A model generated the notes under the pieces. The model searched no databases and had not been told where the DNA came from. It saw only the letters and a list, made by a program, of their open reading frames with translations. A stretch of 64,000 nt of DNA from Octopus vulgaris (lineage: Eukaryota), in assembly GCA_951406725.2 (NCBI GenBank), contig OX597817.1, positions 19,902,001 to 19,966,000 on the forward strand. Reading direction: 5' to 3'. Below, in pieces: positions 43,816-58,801 of the stretch (within the stretch, counting starts at the first letter, position 1; every line of letters begins with the position of its first letter). Both the position numbers and the translations under genes were made by a program.

Positions 43816-45479
43816 TGAACTCATAGCAGGAGTCACTGTTGAGTTAGTGGTAATAGCAGTAGTCGAAGTTGCGTTACTTATTGAATATCATCAGGAGATA
43901 CGTTTTCATAAAAAATATTATTCGAGTATAAGAAAATATCGACCTTGTGTGCGTGTATCAGTTACATTTATATTTGCTCGTGATGTATCAAAAATATTGT
44001 AAGTACAGTGTAGCAGTTCCAGGTAAAAAGCATTCGAGATTTGTTCATACTTGAAATTCTTTGAGAACATTCTAGTCAATCAGTCCTTATGGACAACCGT
44101 AGATTTTTCCCCCAGATATCAACACCTGTACCAACAACAAGATGTCTATATAATGCAATGACCTGCGTTCAAGAAAAGTATCTTTTAAAATCTGAAACAG
44201 TCGGAGTCTCTGGGATGATTCTAGGTACTAGATATCATGCATAGGTTTGGGTTGCCGAGGAATGCTGCACGTTGAAAATTATGATCCTCAGAAAAAGTTG
44301 CAACCATAATCGCTCAGCTGCATTCATCATTCCGAAATTATTATGTGTCATTTTCAATCCAATCACAGGAGGCACGAGACAGGTGTCGTCAGGTACTGTC
44401 TGCATTGCGGTAGCGCGTTTTTCACCCGGTCTTGTTGGCGTGTTCTGTTCCTCCGCGGGTGCTCTTCGCCAGTATATTCACCGTGAAATGAAAATTAGAG
44501 TGTTCCACGGGCTTGCGTAAGAAAAGCATCATGATAACGTACAAAATCACGAGAATCACTTTGAAAGACGATCTCCTGCGTAGTAGAGACTCTGGAGGGC
44601 TCAGAGGGATTTTGTTGTCTAGCTTATGTAACACTATATCTAAGTGAGACTTGGGTGAGACATTGCACTCTCCTAATGTGTGGGAGAGGCTTAAAATGTG
44701 TAAATCTCGTAACCATTCACTAAGCTGGCACGTACAATGTATTGCAAGCAATAGTCTCAGTGATATCTATCATAATTAAATAACTGTCTAAAACTATGAC
44801 TCCCTGCCGACTTCTGGACACGTGCATTTATACTCCCTACTCTCAATACATTTATGTTAGACAGGGAAGAACTAGACAAAAATGTAGGAAACCGGTGTAT
44901 GTTTTTAAACAAGTTTGCTGATGTTGGTTTTCTTCAGTGTTAGACGTAAACCCTATGATCATTTCGAAACAAGTTCACAGCTGGATAATAGGTTGATCGC
45001 TCTTATCTTAGTGAGCCGTCGTCTTTTCTGAACTTTGGTTATGAAAATTTCCTGCGATGAGCTTGGAATTTTGGTAATTGATTAAAGGTGTTGCCCTTTG
45101 TCACATGTCAGCAGCACCGTCAAGTGCTGTCATTAAATATATCGTTGTAGACTGTAGTAGTTGTTATTGTTGGTGATATTTTTATACTAGTTCGAATCAT
45201 TTTCTATGTTCATAATTCCACGAATTCCTCCTTTCTTAACCTATTCCGTCTTCCGCAAAAAAGGTTTAAAAATTATTTTCTTAAAAAAAAAAAAAATTAA
45301 CCAAATGATTTTTGAGACGAAAAGAATAGCATCTTTTACTGCTAAAGCTCCGGTGAACAAAAATAAGTTGGGTCTACCAAAAGCATCACTAGTAAACACA
45401 TTATGAGAAGAACTTCCTCTCTCGAATAAGTAGCATGTATTTCACGCGAATTAATATTAATATACATCCTCGTCTCTGA

Positions 45480-46110
45480 TTACAAGACCAGTAATTTTGG
45501 GAAAGGGCTTAGTCGATACAATAAGCCTCAGTACTTCGCTGATGCTTTATAACACTTTAATGGATGAAATGCAAATTTGATCTCATTGCTATTTTAAATC
45601 AGAATATAAAGATCCAGAGCAATATTGATTCAATTTTCACGATGCTCTTAGTGTTCTGCAAGATGGCCGAATTTTATTGTTTATGATTAGGTATAAGGTT
45701 TGCAGTTTTTGACAGAAATATGTTGTTGAATACCACTGATCTCTGTACTTGATTGACCCATTATTTAATCAACCCAAGAGAGACGAAAGCTAGAATTGAC
45801 TTAGGTGGGATTTGAACACAGAATGCAAAGAACTGGTGGAAATATCGAAGAGCATACTTTGGATGTTATATCGATTCTGTCAGATCACCACCTTAATATT
45901 ACTTTAAATTTTGGCACAATGTTGACAGTAATTTTAGGAGGGTGGGATTTGTTGATGACATGAACCCAGTGCTCAGTTGGTACATATTTTATTGACCGCA
46001 AAATAATAACAGTTCAAGTCGATCTCGACGGAATCTGACCTCAGAATTTAAAGACGGACGAATGTTGCTAAGCATTTTATCCGATGCGTTAATGATTCTG
46101 CTAGTTCAGT
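45480..46110 (-). mobile_element. Three tandem, old SINE family B copies
   Basis: Recurrent decayed blocks GATGAAATGCAAATTTGATCTC (45563), GACGAAAGCTAGAATTGAC (45782) and AAGTCGATCTCGACGGAATCTGACCTCAGAA (46016). Confidence 0.6.
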
Positions 46111-46738
46111 GCATTTTACCACCTTGAAATAATTTATAATTATAATTTGTGAGATAAATTCAGGCCAGATTACAGTCGATCAAATTGACCGAGTACAGAC
46201 ATACAGTTTATATCTATTTGACAAGTATAAGATGTGGTGCGTTGATTGTGATAAATGATGGTGATTCTACAGTGTACATGTCATGTGAGATGAATAAGAG
46301 TATGGCTATCAATTGTGCAGAACATGAGACCTCTTGTAATTGTTAGTATTAACGAATGCTGCTTATAACGTGAGTCTCCAGTCTGCAGCACACATGTTGT
46401 GTGATAGGGAAGAACAATTAATGGGTATATTATTGTAGTAAATCTTCAGTGCATTTCTTTCGTTGTGAAGCATACCTATCTTTCCAATTCAGTATATTCT
46501 ATACTTTGGTATATTGAATATATTGTAAGTCGTTATATTATGTAGTAAGATTTAGTATATTGGTTAATGTACATTACCATATCTAGTACTCTGCTTGTCT
46601 CACAGCATCAAATTAATTAGTGGTAATTGGACAGTTTGTATTTAACGTTGTAAGATTTTCCCGGGTATATTTTCTCACTATTTATTTTATTTATCAGGCC
46701 ACCCTACTCACTGAATTTCTATACATTCCCCAAACATT

Positions 46739-47435
46739 TAGGGTGGCCATAAAGTCACACACCATCCTGCAATATGGAAAGTTGTTAATATTCTCTTTTT
46801 TTTTATCTCTTTTCACAATTACCAATATTACTAACAAACCAATCCTCATTGGATGGATGAAGATAATTAGCAAAGCAGAGGCAAGTTAATGGTGTGGTGT
46901 GAGATTTGGCACAATCGAGTAATTGGACCATTTTATTTTGAGCGCTATGTGACAAGTGATTCGTATTTGGTCATGCTTGGTAACATGATGATGCCTCACG
47001 TGCATTCACTTAAAAGGGGAAATCCTATATGTTTTTAGCAGGTTGGGGATTCGCCCCATTATGCATTAGAGGTCCATGACTTTCTGAATGAATATTTTCC
47101 TGAGAGATGGCGCGGGTGTTGCAGGTCAATTGAATGGGCACCACGGTCAAAAGATTTAAATCCCATGTTTTTTTTTTTTCTTCTGGGCCTATATTACATC
47201 CCTTGTGTATTCTGAAAAGGTTCGTGAGCAAGACATCTTCTTCAAAGAAGTGTTGAATCATGTCTACGGCAATGAAGAACTATTTGAGAGGGTTCATCGC
47301 AATTTCAAATCCCCTATGAACGCTTGTTTAGAACTACAAAGCCAACGTTTTGAATATTTGTAATGGATTACTTACTTCATTGCTAATAAATCATACTTGA
47401 TATCTCCCATGGTACGTGACTTTGTAGACACCCTG
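46739..47435 (+). mobile_element. Internally deleted Tc1/mariner-superfamily DNA transposon
   Basis: TIRs AGGGTGGCCATAAAGTCACACACCAT and revcomp CAGGGTGTCTACAAAGTCACGTACCAT with TA at the right end; frameshifted transposase KLMVWCEIWHNRVIGPFYFE..YLVML..SPHYALEVHDFLNEYFPERW..EWAPRSKDLNPM.FFFW.YI.SLVY. Confidence 0.88.
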
Positions 47436-47924
47436 TATAATATAGCAGTAACAAGTAGACTATGTTTTGCAGATACGGTTAAAATATTCTTAGAAATTTT
47501 CTCATACTTCCAAATATCGGAACCACTTCCCACTGCGTACTATGTTTAATTAATTTTAAGTAATTTAAATTCAACTTTTCCCCTCCTGTGTTTTCATCAG
47601 AACATTAACCATTACTGTAATGATATTTTTTCATCATTAATGTTGTAATTATAATTTTAAAAAAAATTCTTTAACTCTGATGAAGTATGCTAATGACAAA
47701 TTTCCAATTTATTGTTGATGCGGTGTTTATTTTCAGTATGCTTATTTTCATTTCAGAATCGTCGTTTTTCGATGAAAATGGATATCAAATTAAAATATAT
47801 ATCTGTCAGTTTGTTGACAGAATATTTACATTATCATTGGTAGATCATTTCCATATATTAAGTTTAAGATTTATACACTGTGTAATACCTAAACATCTAG
47901 AAGTGCTACGTCTCTATTTTGCAT

Positions 47925-47968
<44 letters not shown>

Positions 47969-49560
47969 ATGTCTCGATGTTTTTGCTTGTACTCTTTTCA
48001 AATTATTCCAAGACACGGATTACTGTGGATTATATCACTCATTTCAATTGCCATGTTCTAGTTAGATATACTTTCTGAATATAGTGATATTTAGTCTCTT
48101 CATTTCTCTTAAGTATGTGTCATCATCTCCTGCCTTGATAAATGGGCAGGAAAACACTTCTGATTTGGTCTATTTGCTTTACCCGTCCTGTTTGTATGTA
48201 TGAGCACATACATAATAATTGTATTAAGTATTGCTTTCATCAGTATATTGCTGTACAGTTTTCTTCTTATTTCTGTAACTACGTTATTTTGTAAAACATA
48301 CCTCCCTTTGGTATCATAAAACAACTGCAATTTAATAGAAATTTCCCAACATGAAAGAAAAGGCAACAGATGGGTAAGTGCAATTGTAGACCGGGCAGTA
48401 ATGAGAAATGAGCAATTAAAATAACATTGACACTTTGCATAGTCGACGTTGACCGTGATGACTGCAGACATTTTTGTCGTTGACGAACGCCACTGGGTTC
48501 AGTCCAGAGAACCAGTTCTAGCTAATAGCTCTCTAAATCACATCTAGTAACCTATTGTCAATGCGCTGGTGACTTCCATACTAGGTTCATACTACTCTCA
48601 TTTACTCAAATGAATCTAACGTTCAGCTATAAAATGGAGTAGGGCAGCAAATAATTTCACCCCACGCTACGCAAGTGTTTATAGTAGTGCATATACAAAT
48701 ATGTGTAAGCATACATAGAGATAAGCACATTTACGTATCGTGATTATAAGTCTTTTTCAATTTATGCACTATACGTCGATCATGAATAAAAGGTAGAGAG
48801 GTTTTTGGCTGAAAAGATGTGCTATTTCGATATTGTTACAATTCATCTATTATTCCTAAGGCCACAATTATAGACCATTTTCAGAAGTTATTACTTATAT
48901 TTTACAGTTTCCGTAAATATGAAATCCCATAATCAGAGTTGTTCTCGTATCAATATATTTCTGTTATTTTCCAACAATAAAATATATTCAAAATTTTCAT
49001 AAGAATGAAAATACATTTCGAAACAGCTTTCATTGTTTTACAACATAAAATTTTTAATACTAATTTAAGAACATGGCTATATTTACATATTTATACATAT
49101 ATACACATATAATGAATACCATTTGCACAGACACACCTGAATGCGCACGTACACACACACATACATAAAATACATCGCATATTTATGCGCAAACATACAT
49201 ACATGCATACATATGTAAGCACTTATTTGTGTAGTGGTATGTACCTAGTAGTTACCGGAGAAAGACATTCAATGCTATTGCCTACCTGGCATCATACACG
49301 GTATTTACACAATTGTCACTGTGTTGAGGAATTCCTTAAAGTTCGTCAAGTATATATATATGGATACATATGCCTGTATATAGGTGTGTGTGTATGTATG
49401 TATGTATATGTGTGAGTATATTTGCATATATTTGAATATCTGTTTATATGTATATATATATATGTATGTGTGTATGTATGTATCTGATATTTTTGCTATG
49501 TGTGAGTGTGTGTGTTTGTGTGTAAACATATATAAATATATATGAAGATATATTTTTCCA

Positions 49561-50410
49561 AGCTTCAGCACGATGGGTGCGGCTATACTGGTATGCCGTC
49601 GTTAGATTTCCAACTTTTTCACTACATGAAACCTCCTCGGGTATGTTGTATTGTTGAATGAGGGAGTTTGTTGTTGCTGCCTGCATTTGCATTTCTTGAC
49701 TCAAGGTAGATTCATCCAGAAATTTCGACAAGTCATCCAGTTTTTTTTTAAGACAGAGAATCCACCCCATGAAGGTATCTAAGGCTTTTAGGGTTCGATA
49801 TTGACGAACTGTGGGTACTTGAAACCCAAGATATTACAGTATCTAGTCCTGTATTCTCATAGTATTATTCAGATTTTTTTGTTACTATGCAATGTTACCC
49901 CGTTCTGGTATTTGTGTAATTTTCAATGCAAAACTTTGGTACATGCCCTTCCACGATTTTTCAAATAATATCGCTGCAATCTTTCCCACCTTCGTTCTAG
50001 GGAGTAGAGTCATAACTTTTTCATTCGGTCCCAATAGCTAACATGTCGCATTGAGACAATATTCTTCGCGTAGATTCGTTGGACTGCTGAGAGCTCCACA
50101 ATTAATTTTATTCTGTGTAATGACCACTATGGGGAGCAGTAGTCTAAAAGGGTCAGGAAAAATATCCTGTAGAGGACCACCATGGATTCGTGTTCTCGTT
50201 CTGAAAGTTCTAAAGATCTATTCGGCTTGATGTTTATTGCCGATTCAGTAATATGCATCTGGAAAAATATAACATTTTGCATGTCAATTCCCAGGTAGCG
50301 CATTGACTTTGAATCAGGTAATGCAATCCCTCTTTGGGACAGTATATTCTGTTTGCATTTCATTCACCTATGTGTGCTGGTTGTGCAAGCCTTGCAACTT
50401 TCCAGCCTTA
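49561..50410 (-). mobile_element. Old 5'-truncated relative of the 18.8-22.3 kb LINE
   Basis: [48 protein letters not shown]; decayed tail CCAGTATAGCCGCACCCATCGTGCTGAAGC. Confidence 0.88.
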
Positions 50411-50414
50411 ATCT

Positions 50415-50531
<117 letters not shown>

Positions 50532-50539
50532 CATGTATG

Positions 50540-50587
<48 letters not shown>

Positions 50588-50741
50588 CATTTATACATAC
50601 ACACACACACAGATATATATATATATATAGTAACCGAAAGGAGGAATTTCGATTATCCGCACGTGGTGAGTTGTAATGTATATAAGAAATTAAAAAAAAG
50701 GAAAATACGCACACCAACATAGTTTTAATATAATTTTATAT

Positions 50742-50776
50742 ATATCGACCGGTTTCGCTATTGCTATTCAGGATAT
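50742..50776 (-). ncRNA. Minimal type I hammerhead-like motif beside (TA)n
   Basis: Reverse strand ATATC-CTGAATA-GC AATA GC-GAAA-CCGG-TC-GATAT: perfect 5-bp stem I, 2-bp stem II, palindromic stem III, GUC site; G8>U. Confidence 0.7.
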
Positions 50777-53700
50777 TATGTTTTTCTGCTTAAGAAGAAA
50801 TTTTGTCCATTTGGTGATTGATGATATTTACACATATAAATATCAGGAGAAAATACAGAGATAGATAGATAGATAGACAGAATAGATAAATAGATAGTGC
50901 GAAAGAAACATAGATATTTAGATAGCGATACAAATAGACAGATATACTGATATACATACACGCACACTTTCACATACGTTGATACACACAATGGAAATTG
51001 AACAATGCAATTTGATTTGAATATGTTTAATATCTGCCAAAATTCACAACTAAATTTAATGAATTTCATAAAATATAATATTCAATTTATTGTTACAAAG
51101 AAGCATTTTATTGATTGCTCTGAGGTTTAAAAATCTCATATTCATAATTAGTGAATGTGGTAGAATTTTAAGTAGTCGTGTCAAATTAAGTTGATTTAAG
51201 TGAAGTAGAAGACGTAAAGAATGGAAAACAAAGATAAGAAGAGAATACAATGGTTATTTATGATTATAAATTGTAATTTTTAAGTCTTTATTTAATTAAT
51301 ATTAGTGTGGTAGTTTGGTGAAAGTACAATATTCACTCGTTGATAAACAAATATTTGTGAAAATGTAAAATGTATAGCATATTTCTATAAGGTAATTGCA
51401 TTTACTGGTGATTTTAAAACATTACTAATAACCCACATCTGAACTGGCACATTATATTCGAAGTATATGTTTAATTACATTATTTTTCATGGTGATTAAA
51501 TGACAAATAAATATTTTGTTACTTCTAAATATTTGGTTACACTTCGGGATTTACGTGTGTTTTTCTTCTATAGCTAATGGTTAACAAGAATGCTAAGACT
51601 GCTACTTTATTTGTCAGTGTCTATTTCTGCAGTCCACTGCTTTAATTGGCTTCAAATATATTTAAAAATATGGATATGCATCTTTTAATCAACTTAATTA
51701 ATGATGCAAAATAAATAAAACCAGAGGATTATCGCATATTATTTGATATAGATACATGACTGTACATGTATAGGAATGATAATCACAGGAATAATGTGCA
51801 TGCCATAGGTGATGAAAGGAAAGATATCCTGCCAAATTGCAAATAATATGTAGAATTAAATTCGTAAATCCAACTAAACTATATAATTTACATTTTCTTT
51901 CATTGCCATGTTTAAATCGGATTTCCAATATGTAGGCAAGCGCATTAAATGTCGGGTGAAGTGCATATTTGATTGCATCACATAAAATATATCACGTTGT
52001 TATCAAATTTGTTATTCAGAAATAGAATAAGTTTCTATATGAAGGAATACACGCATAGTCGATTGCTTGACATGAATCTAGTGGTATTTGATATATTTTT
52101 TTCAAATTTTAAATAGTGCAAAATCCCCTTTACTTTTCATCTTCAAGGATAAACACAATAAATACCAGACAAATATTCGTTTCATTTCTTCGATTATTTA
52201 TATATTTTCCCTACCAATTTGTAAACTTTTTCAAAGTAAGAAATTTTGAAAAAACCTTCTGAGAATTAAATATTTTGTAAGTCTGTTATCACCATACAAA
52301 ACCATGATAACTCATGCATAATTATCTAATAGTATATTCTGTCTTATGGAACAATAATATTCGTTTACTTTTCCGAATATGGCAAACATGTTCTTTAGGG
52401 AGATAAAACGTTTAAGAATTTGAAGATATTTGAATAGTAATTATCATCTCTTTCTCTTCACACTCCATATTTATTAGGGTATTTCATCACAAACTTCAAT
52501 CCCATTCTGCCACACATAAACCTTAGCCCTATTTGTTTCTTTTGGCATAAGAACCAATAATTATATTCTGTTCCTTCTTTGTTTTGTTGTAAAATATCAA
52601 TGGCACAACTAGGTACAAATGAAAATATATAATTACATGGTGCATCTTATAGTAAGGAACATTTTATTCATTGTTTTTCATCAAGCACCATATCACTGTT
52701 TTATAACATTATAAAAAGCATGATCTTCACAAGAAACCTGCTAGGCTACCAGTTAACTGTATTAGTTTATTTTACGATAACACATATAATGTTATTATAG
52801 TGGATATTTAAATAGTACACTAAAACGTTCGGACGTTCATAAGCTGCATTTAGTAGCTTCGGTGGCATACTAGCAATTTGAATGAATAATAAGCTATTTC
52901 AGGTATATTGTTTTCTGCCTGAAAGTACCTGCGATATTTAAGTATGTATTTCTAACTATCATTTATAATATATTTGGATAAACTGACATTATGAATACGG
53001 AAACCAATAATGTACTGTGTGAGAATTTTTATGAAATATATATTCTGTTACCAGTTCGAATATAAATGATAAAACTCGCGCCGTCCCACTTAATGCTAAA
53101 AGAAAAAAAACTATTTCAGAACAAATAAATGGTAAACGATCATATCTGTCTCTTAACCACATTAAAAATGCATGTTACATTAGATTGTGAGGTCTAAATT
53201 GATGGTGTGGTAATCACTAGAATGTTTTTGATTAAAGGTCTATTTCATATGAGGTAGCACCGACAATTCTTAGTTATACTAGCTATTTAAATATCAGCAT
53301 AAATTTAGAATATACGACGTTTCATACAAATATGATTTACATATCATTTACTAGCTCACTCCAGTGAACTATACTAAAAATTCCAGAGAAATTATGAATG
53401 AAATAATGATGAACTATGCTGAGTAGTGACGTCGTGTATGAGCAAATACAAAATGTATAGGTTTCAAATAACAAAGTTTTATCAAGATTTAAAAAAAGGG
53501 CCTTTCAAATGGCAATGAGATATTATGAGTATTTAATTGAGTCTTCAAAGAGTTTCACAAATATAATTAATTTTATACCTGTGCATATACTTAAGCGCAA
53601 ACATACATACATACGCACACATACATACATGCCTTCGAATCCTAGATGTACATATAAACATGCCTTCCATCACTAGATGTATTTATGTCTAGTTATGACT

Positions 53701-53848
53701 TCCAATTTAGGACAGTAACGATAGATAATCCTGAGCTGATTACAAAAAAGTGTAAATTTATACTGAATCAGTCAATACTAGTGACGAATTTGTATTCGTT
53801 AATCTTTGTGTCTGAAGAACTACATAAGTTGCAGTGCATATATGTATG

Positions 53849-54295
<447 letters not shown>

Positions 54296-54306
54296 GTATA
54301 GATATA

Positions 54307-54955
54307 TAATTTCAATACAGAGCAAATAATTAACGTAAAATAATTTGTGAAGATATCATTGAATTTGTTATTATCTACTTTAACAATTCAAAAATGTTGA
54401 TAACAGAATCAATAATATCGGCGACTTTAGATCCTCAAGAAGCATTAACTTGCATGAAGGGTTAAAATTAATCACAGGACACAGTATGTCTACTTGCTTG
54501 AAATAGCAGTCAAAACTCTTATTTAAATCACCAAATTACTCTGATAATAACTACAGAAATAAATCGTCCGAAGGCCAACGGGCCAAGACAATCTCTCAGC
54601 ATACATTCAAGTATTTAGACTCACGTGGACCGGTTTCTGGAATAGCATAATAGCGTAACCTTCTTCATCAGTCGTTACAACGAAACAGAGCTCCAATCTG
54701 TCGTGTTGAAGTCTGCGCTGCAGCTGATCCGTTTTGCGCCAAAATCATATTAGCCACCAATGTAAAAATAATTTCAATACGGAGCAAATAATTCATGTGA
54801 AAACATTACTTGCGAAAATATCATTGACTCTTTTATTATCTACTTTAACAATTAAAAAATGATAATCGATAATGTAGGGCCCCAAGAAGCCTTAAATAGC
54901 GTGAAGGATTAAAATTATTTTAGTCTTTCAGCCATTTAATGCTTTTTGAGGGCTT
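54307..54955. repeat. About 160-bp diverged direct repeat (54307-54472 / 54768-54918) plus inverted partial copy (54918-54953)
   Basis: ATAATTTCAATAC.GAGCAAATAATT...TTATTATCTACTTTAACAATT...CAAGAAGC.TTAA...TGAAGG.TTAAAATTA occurs twice; TTAATGCTTTTTGAGG is the reverse complement of CCTCAAGAAGCATTAA (one mismatch). Confidence 0.85.
54623..54676 (-). ncRNA. Hammerhead-like motif with canonical core and weak stems
   Basis: Reverse strand CTGATGA-AGAAGG...TTCCA-GAAA-CCGG-TC; stems I and II are poorly paired. Confidence 0.45.
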
Positions 54956-55019
54956 GCAATCACCTATAACATCGATAAATACCTTAGGAATGAGAACGCA
55001 GGTTCGAAATTTCCCCATG

Positions 55020-55068
55020 ACATCTGATCTGATGAGGGCTGGAGAGTATATCAGACGAAACGTTGTGT
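55020..55068 (+). ncRNA. Hammerhead-like motif with canonical core
   Basis: ACAT(CTGAT)CTGATGA-G-GGCTG GAGAGTATAT CAGAC-GAAA-CG-TT-GTGT; stem II has one mismatch and CTGAT appears duplicated. Confidence 0.55.
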
Positions 55069-55155
55069 TTACAACAAACAAATATCCGTCAATTGTAAAT
55101 AATGTACAAGCATTATTATTTACATGACTGTAAAGCTCGGCACCGTATAACAAAA

Positions 55156-55229
<74 letters not shown>

Positions 55230-55236
55230 GTGTGTG

Positions 55237-55277
<41 letters not shown>

Positions 55278-55860
55278 GATATCATTAACAGTAGATCTCC
55301 AAGGAGATTAAACTATAATTAATAGCGTTTTGATATTAGCTTAAAATTCACGAGTATCATTCGATTCCCCACCCTCGAATATGCAATTTTTATAGATTTA
55401 TCCACTTCGAGTACGAACGTTAAAAGCAATTTATCTCATGTCTCTCTAATGTTCTATATTCCTATGACGTAAATAATATAAATTCATTCATTCGTGCGTG
55501 TGATTATGTATAAGCACCAGCTAATTCCTGTGTGAGTGTGCGTATGTGTGCTCTACTGAAGCATTTGGGTGTAGAAATTGATAGTGCTCCAGGTTACTAT
55601 GTAAACATTCGGTGAAATGATTTCATGAGGTTTTTGAAATGTCCATATTAGCTTTATAGAGTAAGAATTAAATAGTTAGAGTGGCATAGTTACAGAGGCA
55701 GTACTGGTTTTTCATTTCTTGCAAAGTGTTAATTGACAGACTCTATGAAGATAATATTTTCAGTCGATCAACTGATAGTGAATAAATTATGAGATTCACT
55801 TACTAAAGTGGCATGATATTAGGTGCATACATCGTTAGTGAGATATTTACATACATGCAC

Positions 55861-55894
<34 letters not shown>

Positions 55895-56002
55895 TCTAAC
55901 ACACATACAAACAAACACACATATATACACACACTCACGTACAAACATATTAATGTATACACAAACAACATATATTATGTATATATATATAAGTATAGAC
56001 AT

Positions 56003-56052
<50 letters not shown>

Positions 56053-57395
56053 GTAAACACACACGCACGCACACGAACATATTCAGCTGTCTGCACAGAA
56101 AGGTAAATAGTTGCATACAGAAACATTTACATGTGCATATATTTGCAACGTATCTTCAAAGACACTGTCTTAGTGCCTTCATTAATATGCGCCGCGAACA
56201 AGAGCATTGTTATTCAAATGAGCAAATATATTATTCATAATTAGTTTTAAGCTAATATCTGTAGTTATGGCTATATAAAGTTACTTAACAAACTGATAAT
56301 GTTCGCGAAACTAGTCAATATTACTGGCGCTTGCTGCATCAACACTCTACTCACTGCTGGCTGGAATTCGACTTGAGAGCAAAAAGCTAAATACAGAACA
56401 ATACTTTAAACGACCATCTATTACAACGACTAGATAGTTTATCATCACCACATAGTTTATATGACAGTTAATATTATACAATTCGTCTAACAACTTATTT
56501 CTTTCGCTATTGCTGTTGCACACACGTTTCAGGTAGTATCGCTTTCATAAATCACAATGTAGAAATATAGCGCGTTTCAAAAACGAAAAAAAAAGAATTG
56601 TTGATTTCTGTAATGTGGAAAGGTAGATCTTAATTTTCAATGAGAATTATATATTTTTAAATTTAAAATTGTGATTTGCAAACGTGGGCACGGTTGGTCT
56701 CTAATTTTCAGGGCGCCATGTGGCTGGTTACTAGTATTTCAAATTCGATGCAAAATCTGTTCACTCAGGCAACTTTGTATATAGAGGAGGATAGTGTTAC
56801 CTTTTCGCCAATGTTTACAATTTGCATTGATATACATCGGCAAAAAATATGTAAATCATATACTCAGCACAGATTCTCTATAAACGTCTCTACAGTTTCC
56901 CTCTAAAATATTCAACTTTTAATATATTGTTCATTAGACGTTAAGACAGCAAATATTACCCAAGCTTCCAAGTAATGGCATCAAAATCATAATTCAATGC
57001 GTAATATAGAGATCTCTTCGGCAGACTACTATGCTTGCATCGTGCGTATGTGGATGCTTTGTGCAAGTTTCTGGAAACAATCATGATTTTTAATACGCAG
57101 TGTACACGTAGTATAAAAGAATATGATGTTTAATTCCAGAACGATCTTATCAGAATATATTGTATTTAACCAAATATTATCAAGGAAAGAAAAAGGTAAA
57201 ATGGAGTTACTCAAATACATTAATGTGTGATCATTAAAAAAGAATCTACCGATGTGAGCTGCAATATACGTATACTCGTTAAGTGTTCACAAAAAATGTA
57301 GTGTTAATATTACTGAAGTAAGATAGATATTTCATCAAACGTCATCACAAAGTCATAAAAAGTTCATGAGATTATGTTCGCTGAAAATATATCAG

Positions 57396-57467
<72 letters not shown>

Positions 57468-57599
57468 TATGCGTGCGTTTGTGTGTGTGTATGTTATGTG
57501 TGTGTGTGTGTGTGTATTTGTAGGCATACATATTTCTTCTACTTTTAATTATTTAAATTCTTCCCCTGAGGACAGAGATGCTTTCGTTGGAATGTAAAT

Positions 57600-58520
57600 A
57601 ATGAAAACAATGTTCCATTTTAAATTTGAGAAATGTCTTGCATTTTTTACAGTTCCACTTATTGTTTGTGTTTGTAATATGCAAATCAGTTGGTTGATTT
57701 CTTTTTCTAAAAATCCGAGTTCGTCCAGACTGTCAGTGAAGCAATTACCCACAAAACTATCAAGTAGTGTGGAGCGACTGACCTCCCTTGTTCGAAGGTT
57801 ATATGGATACAGTTTCTGTATCAAATAGCTAACTTAAGGCGATGGCCTCATGGAGCTAATAAGCGGACAGCTTTATTCTTATTTTTATAAGAATGCCATA
57901 TTAGTATGGCGATAACTATTATTTTCCAGGAACGCTGCCGCTGTTCTCTTTTAGAGAGACTTAGTAATTTTAATATTTCTATTATCAGCAATTATTATTA
58001 ATGTAAATGTAAAATTGTACTCTGGATATAGAAGACGGAGGTTTCGAAACAGTTGTCCATTGTAAATCTCCTTCCTCGTGATAGTTAAAGGATTGTTCTC
58101 ATCAGCAGGACAACTGTCATCCATGATAATGCATACTTTTTCTTGCCTGTACCAAACAACAATATCCGCCATCTTACAATTACACTTGTATATCTTGACG
58201 GTAATATCCACCAGTATTCCTAATGCTGATGTTTCTGTACGTATTCAATGACAATGTTTCTCTCTATATTTATTTCAAGGTAGTCTTTTTAACAAATGAC
58301 ATTTTTGGGTGGATCCTAATCACATGTGTGACACCTTCCTCAGAAATATGACATAATCTATATTTTTTGGTCGCATCTTGGAACTCCAAGGGTTTCAGTG
58401 TCTCTTTTGTTTATCAGGTATTTAGTAGCAGTCTAATTTGCCTTGGATTGAAATTGCATAGCCTTCAATGTGATGTGATGTAGTGGTCACAGATCCAAGA
58501 GAAGTTTTGCTTCATGTCAA
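57600..58520 (-). pseudogene. R4/Dong-like non-LTR element C-terminal region (zinc-knuckle remnant plus restriction-like endonuclease), decayed
   Basis: ADIVVWYRQEKVCIIMDDSCPADEN...LFRNLRLLYPEYNFTFTLIII (RPD..D..CP motif) and DSLDELGFLEKEINQLICILQTQTISGTVK. Confidence 0.75.
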
Positions 58521-58539
58521 TTCTACTATCTTTTATAAC

Positions 58540-58700
58540 GCGGCGAGTTGGCAGATTGGTTAGCACAGCTGGCAAAATGCTTACCACACTGTGGCCGTCG
58601 TCTCTATATCCTGAGTTTAAATTACTCCGAGATCGACTTTCCCTTTCTTACTTTCGGGGACTATAAAATAAGTACCCGTTGAGCAGTGAATTCGAAGTAA
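58540..58700 (+). mobile_element. SINE family B, decayed
   Basis: GCGGCGAGTTGGCAGATTGGTTAGCAC...GAGTTTAAATTACTCCGAGATCGACTTTCCCTTTC...AAATAAGTACC. Confidence 0.75.
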
Positions 58701-58737
58701 TGGTCTAAATACTTGCTTCGAACTTACTGGCATTTGA

Positions 58738-58800
<63 letters not shown>

Positions 58801-58801
<1 letters not shown>

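Noticed and set aside
44100-45130. Possible highly decayed Penelope-like coding sequence on the - strand (GEYTGE-like motif)
   Set aside because: Too many stops and frameshifts to support by eye; needs tBLASTn or a profile HMM search.
45190-45440. Possible mariner transposase C-terminus on the - strand
   Set aside because: Only a vague resemblance to the YSPDLAP..LF..L.NHL region; no TIRs found.
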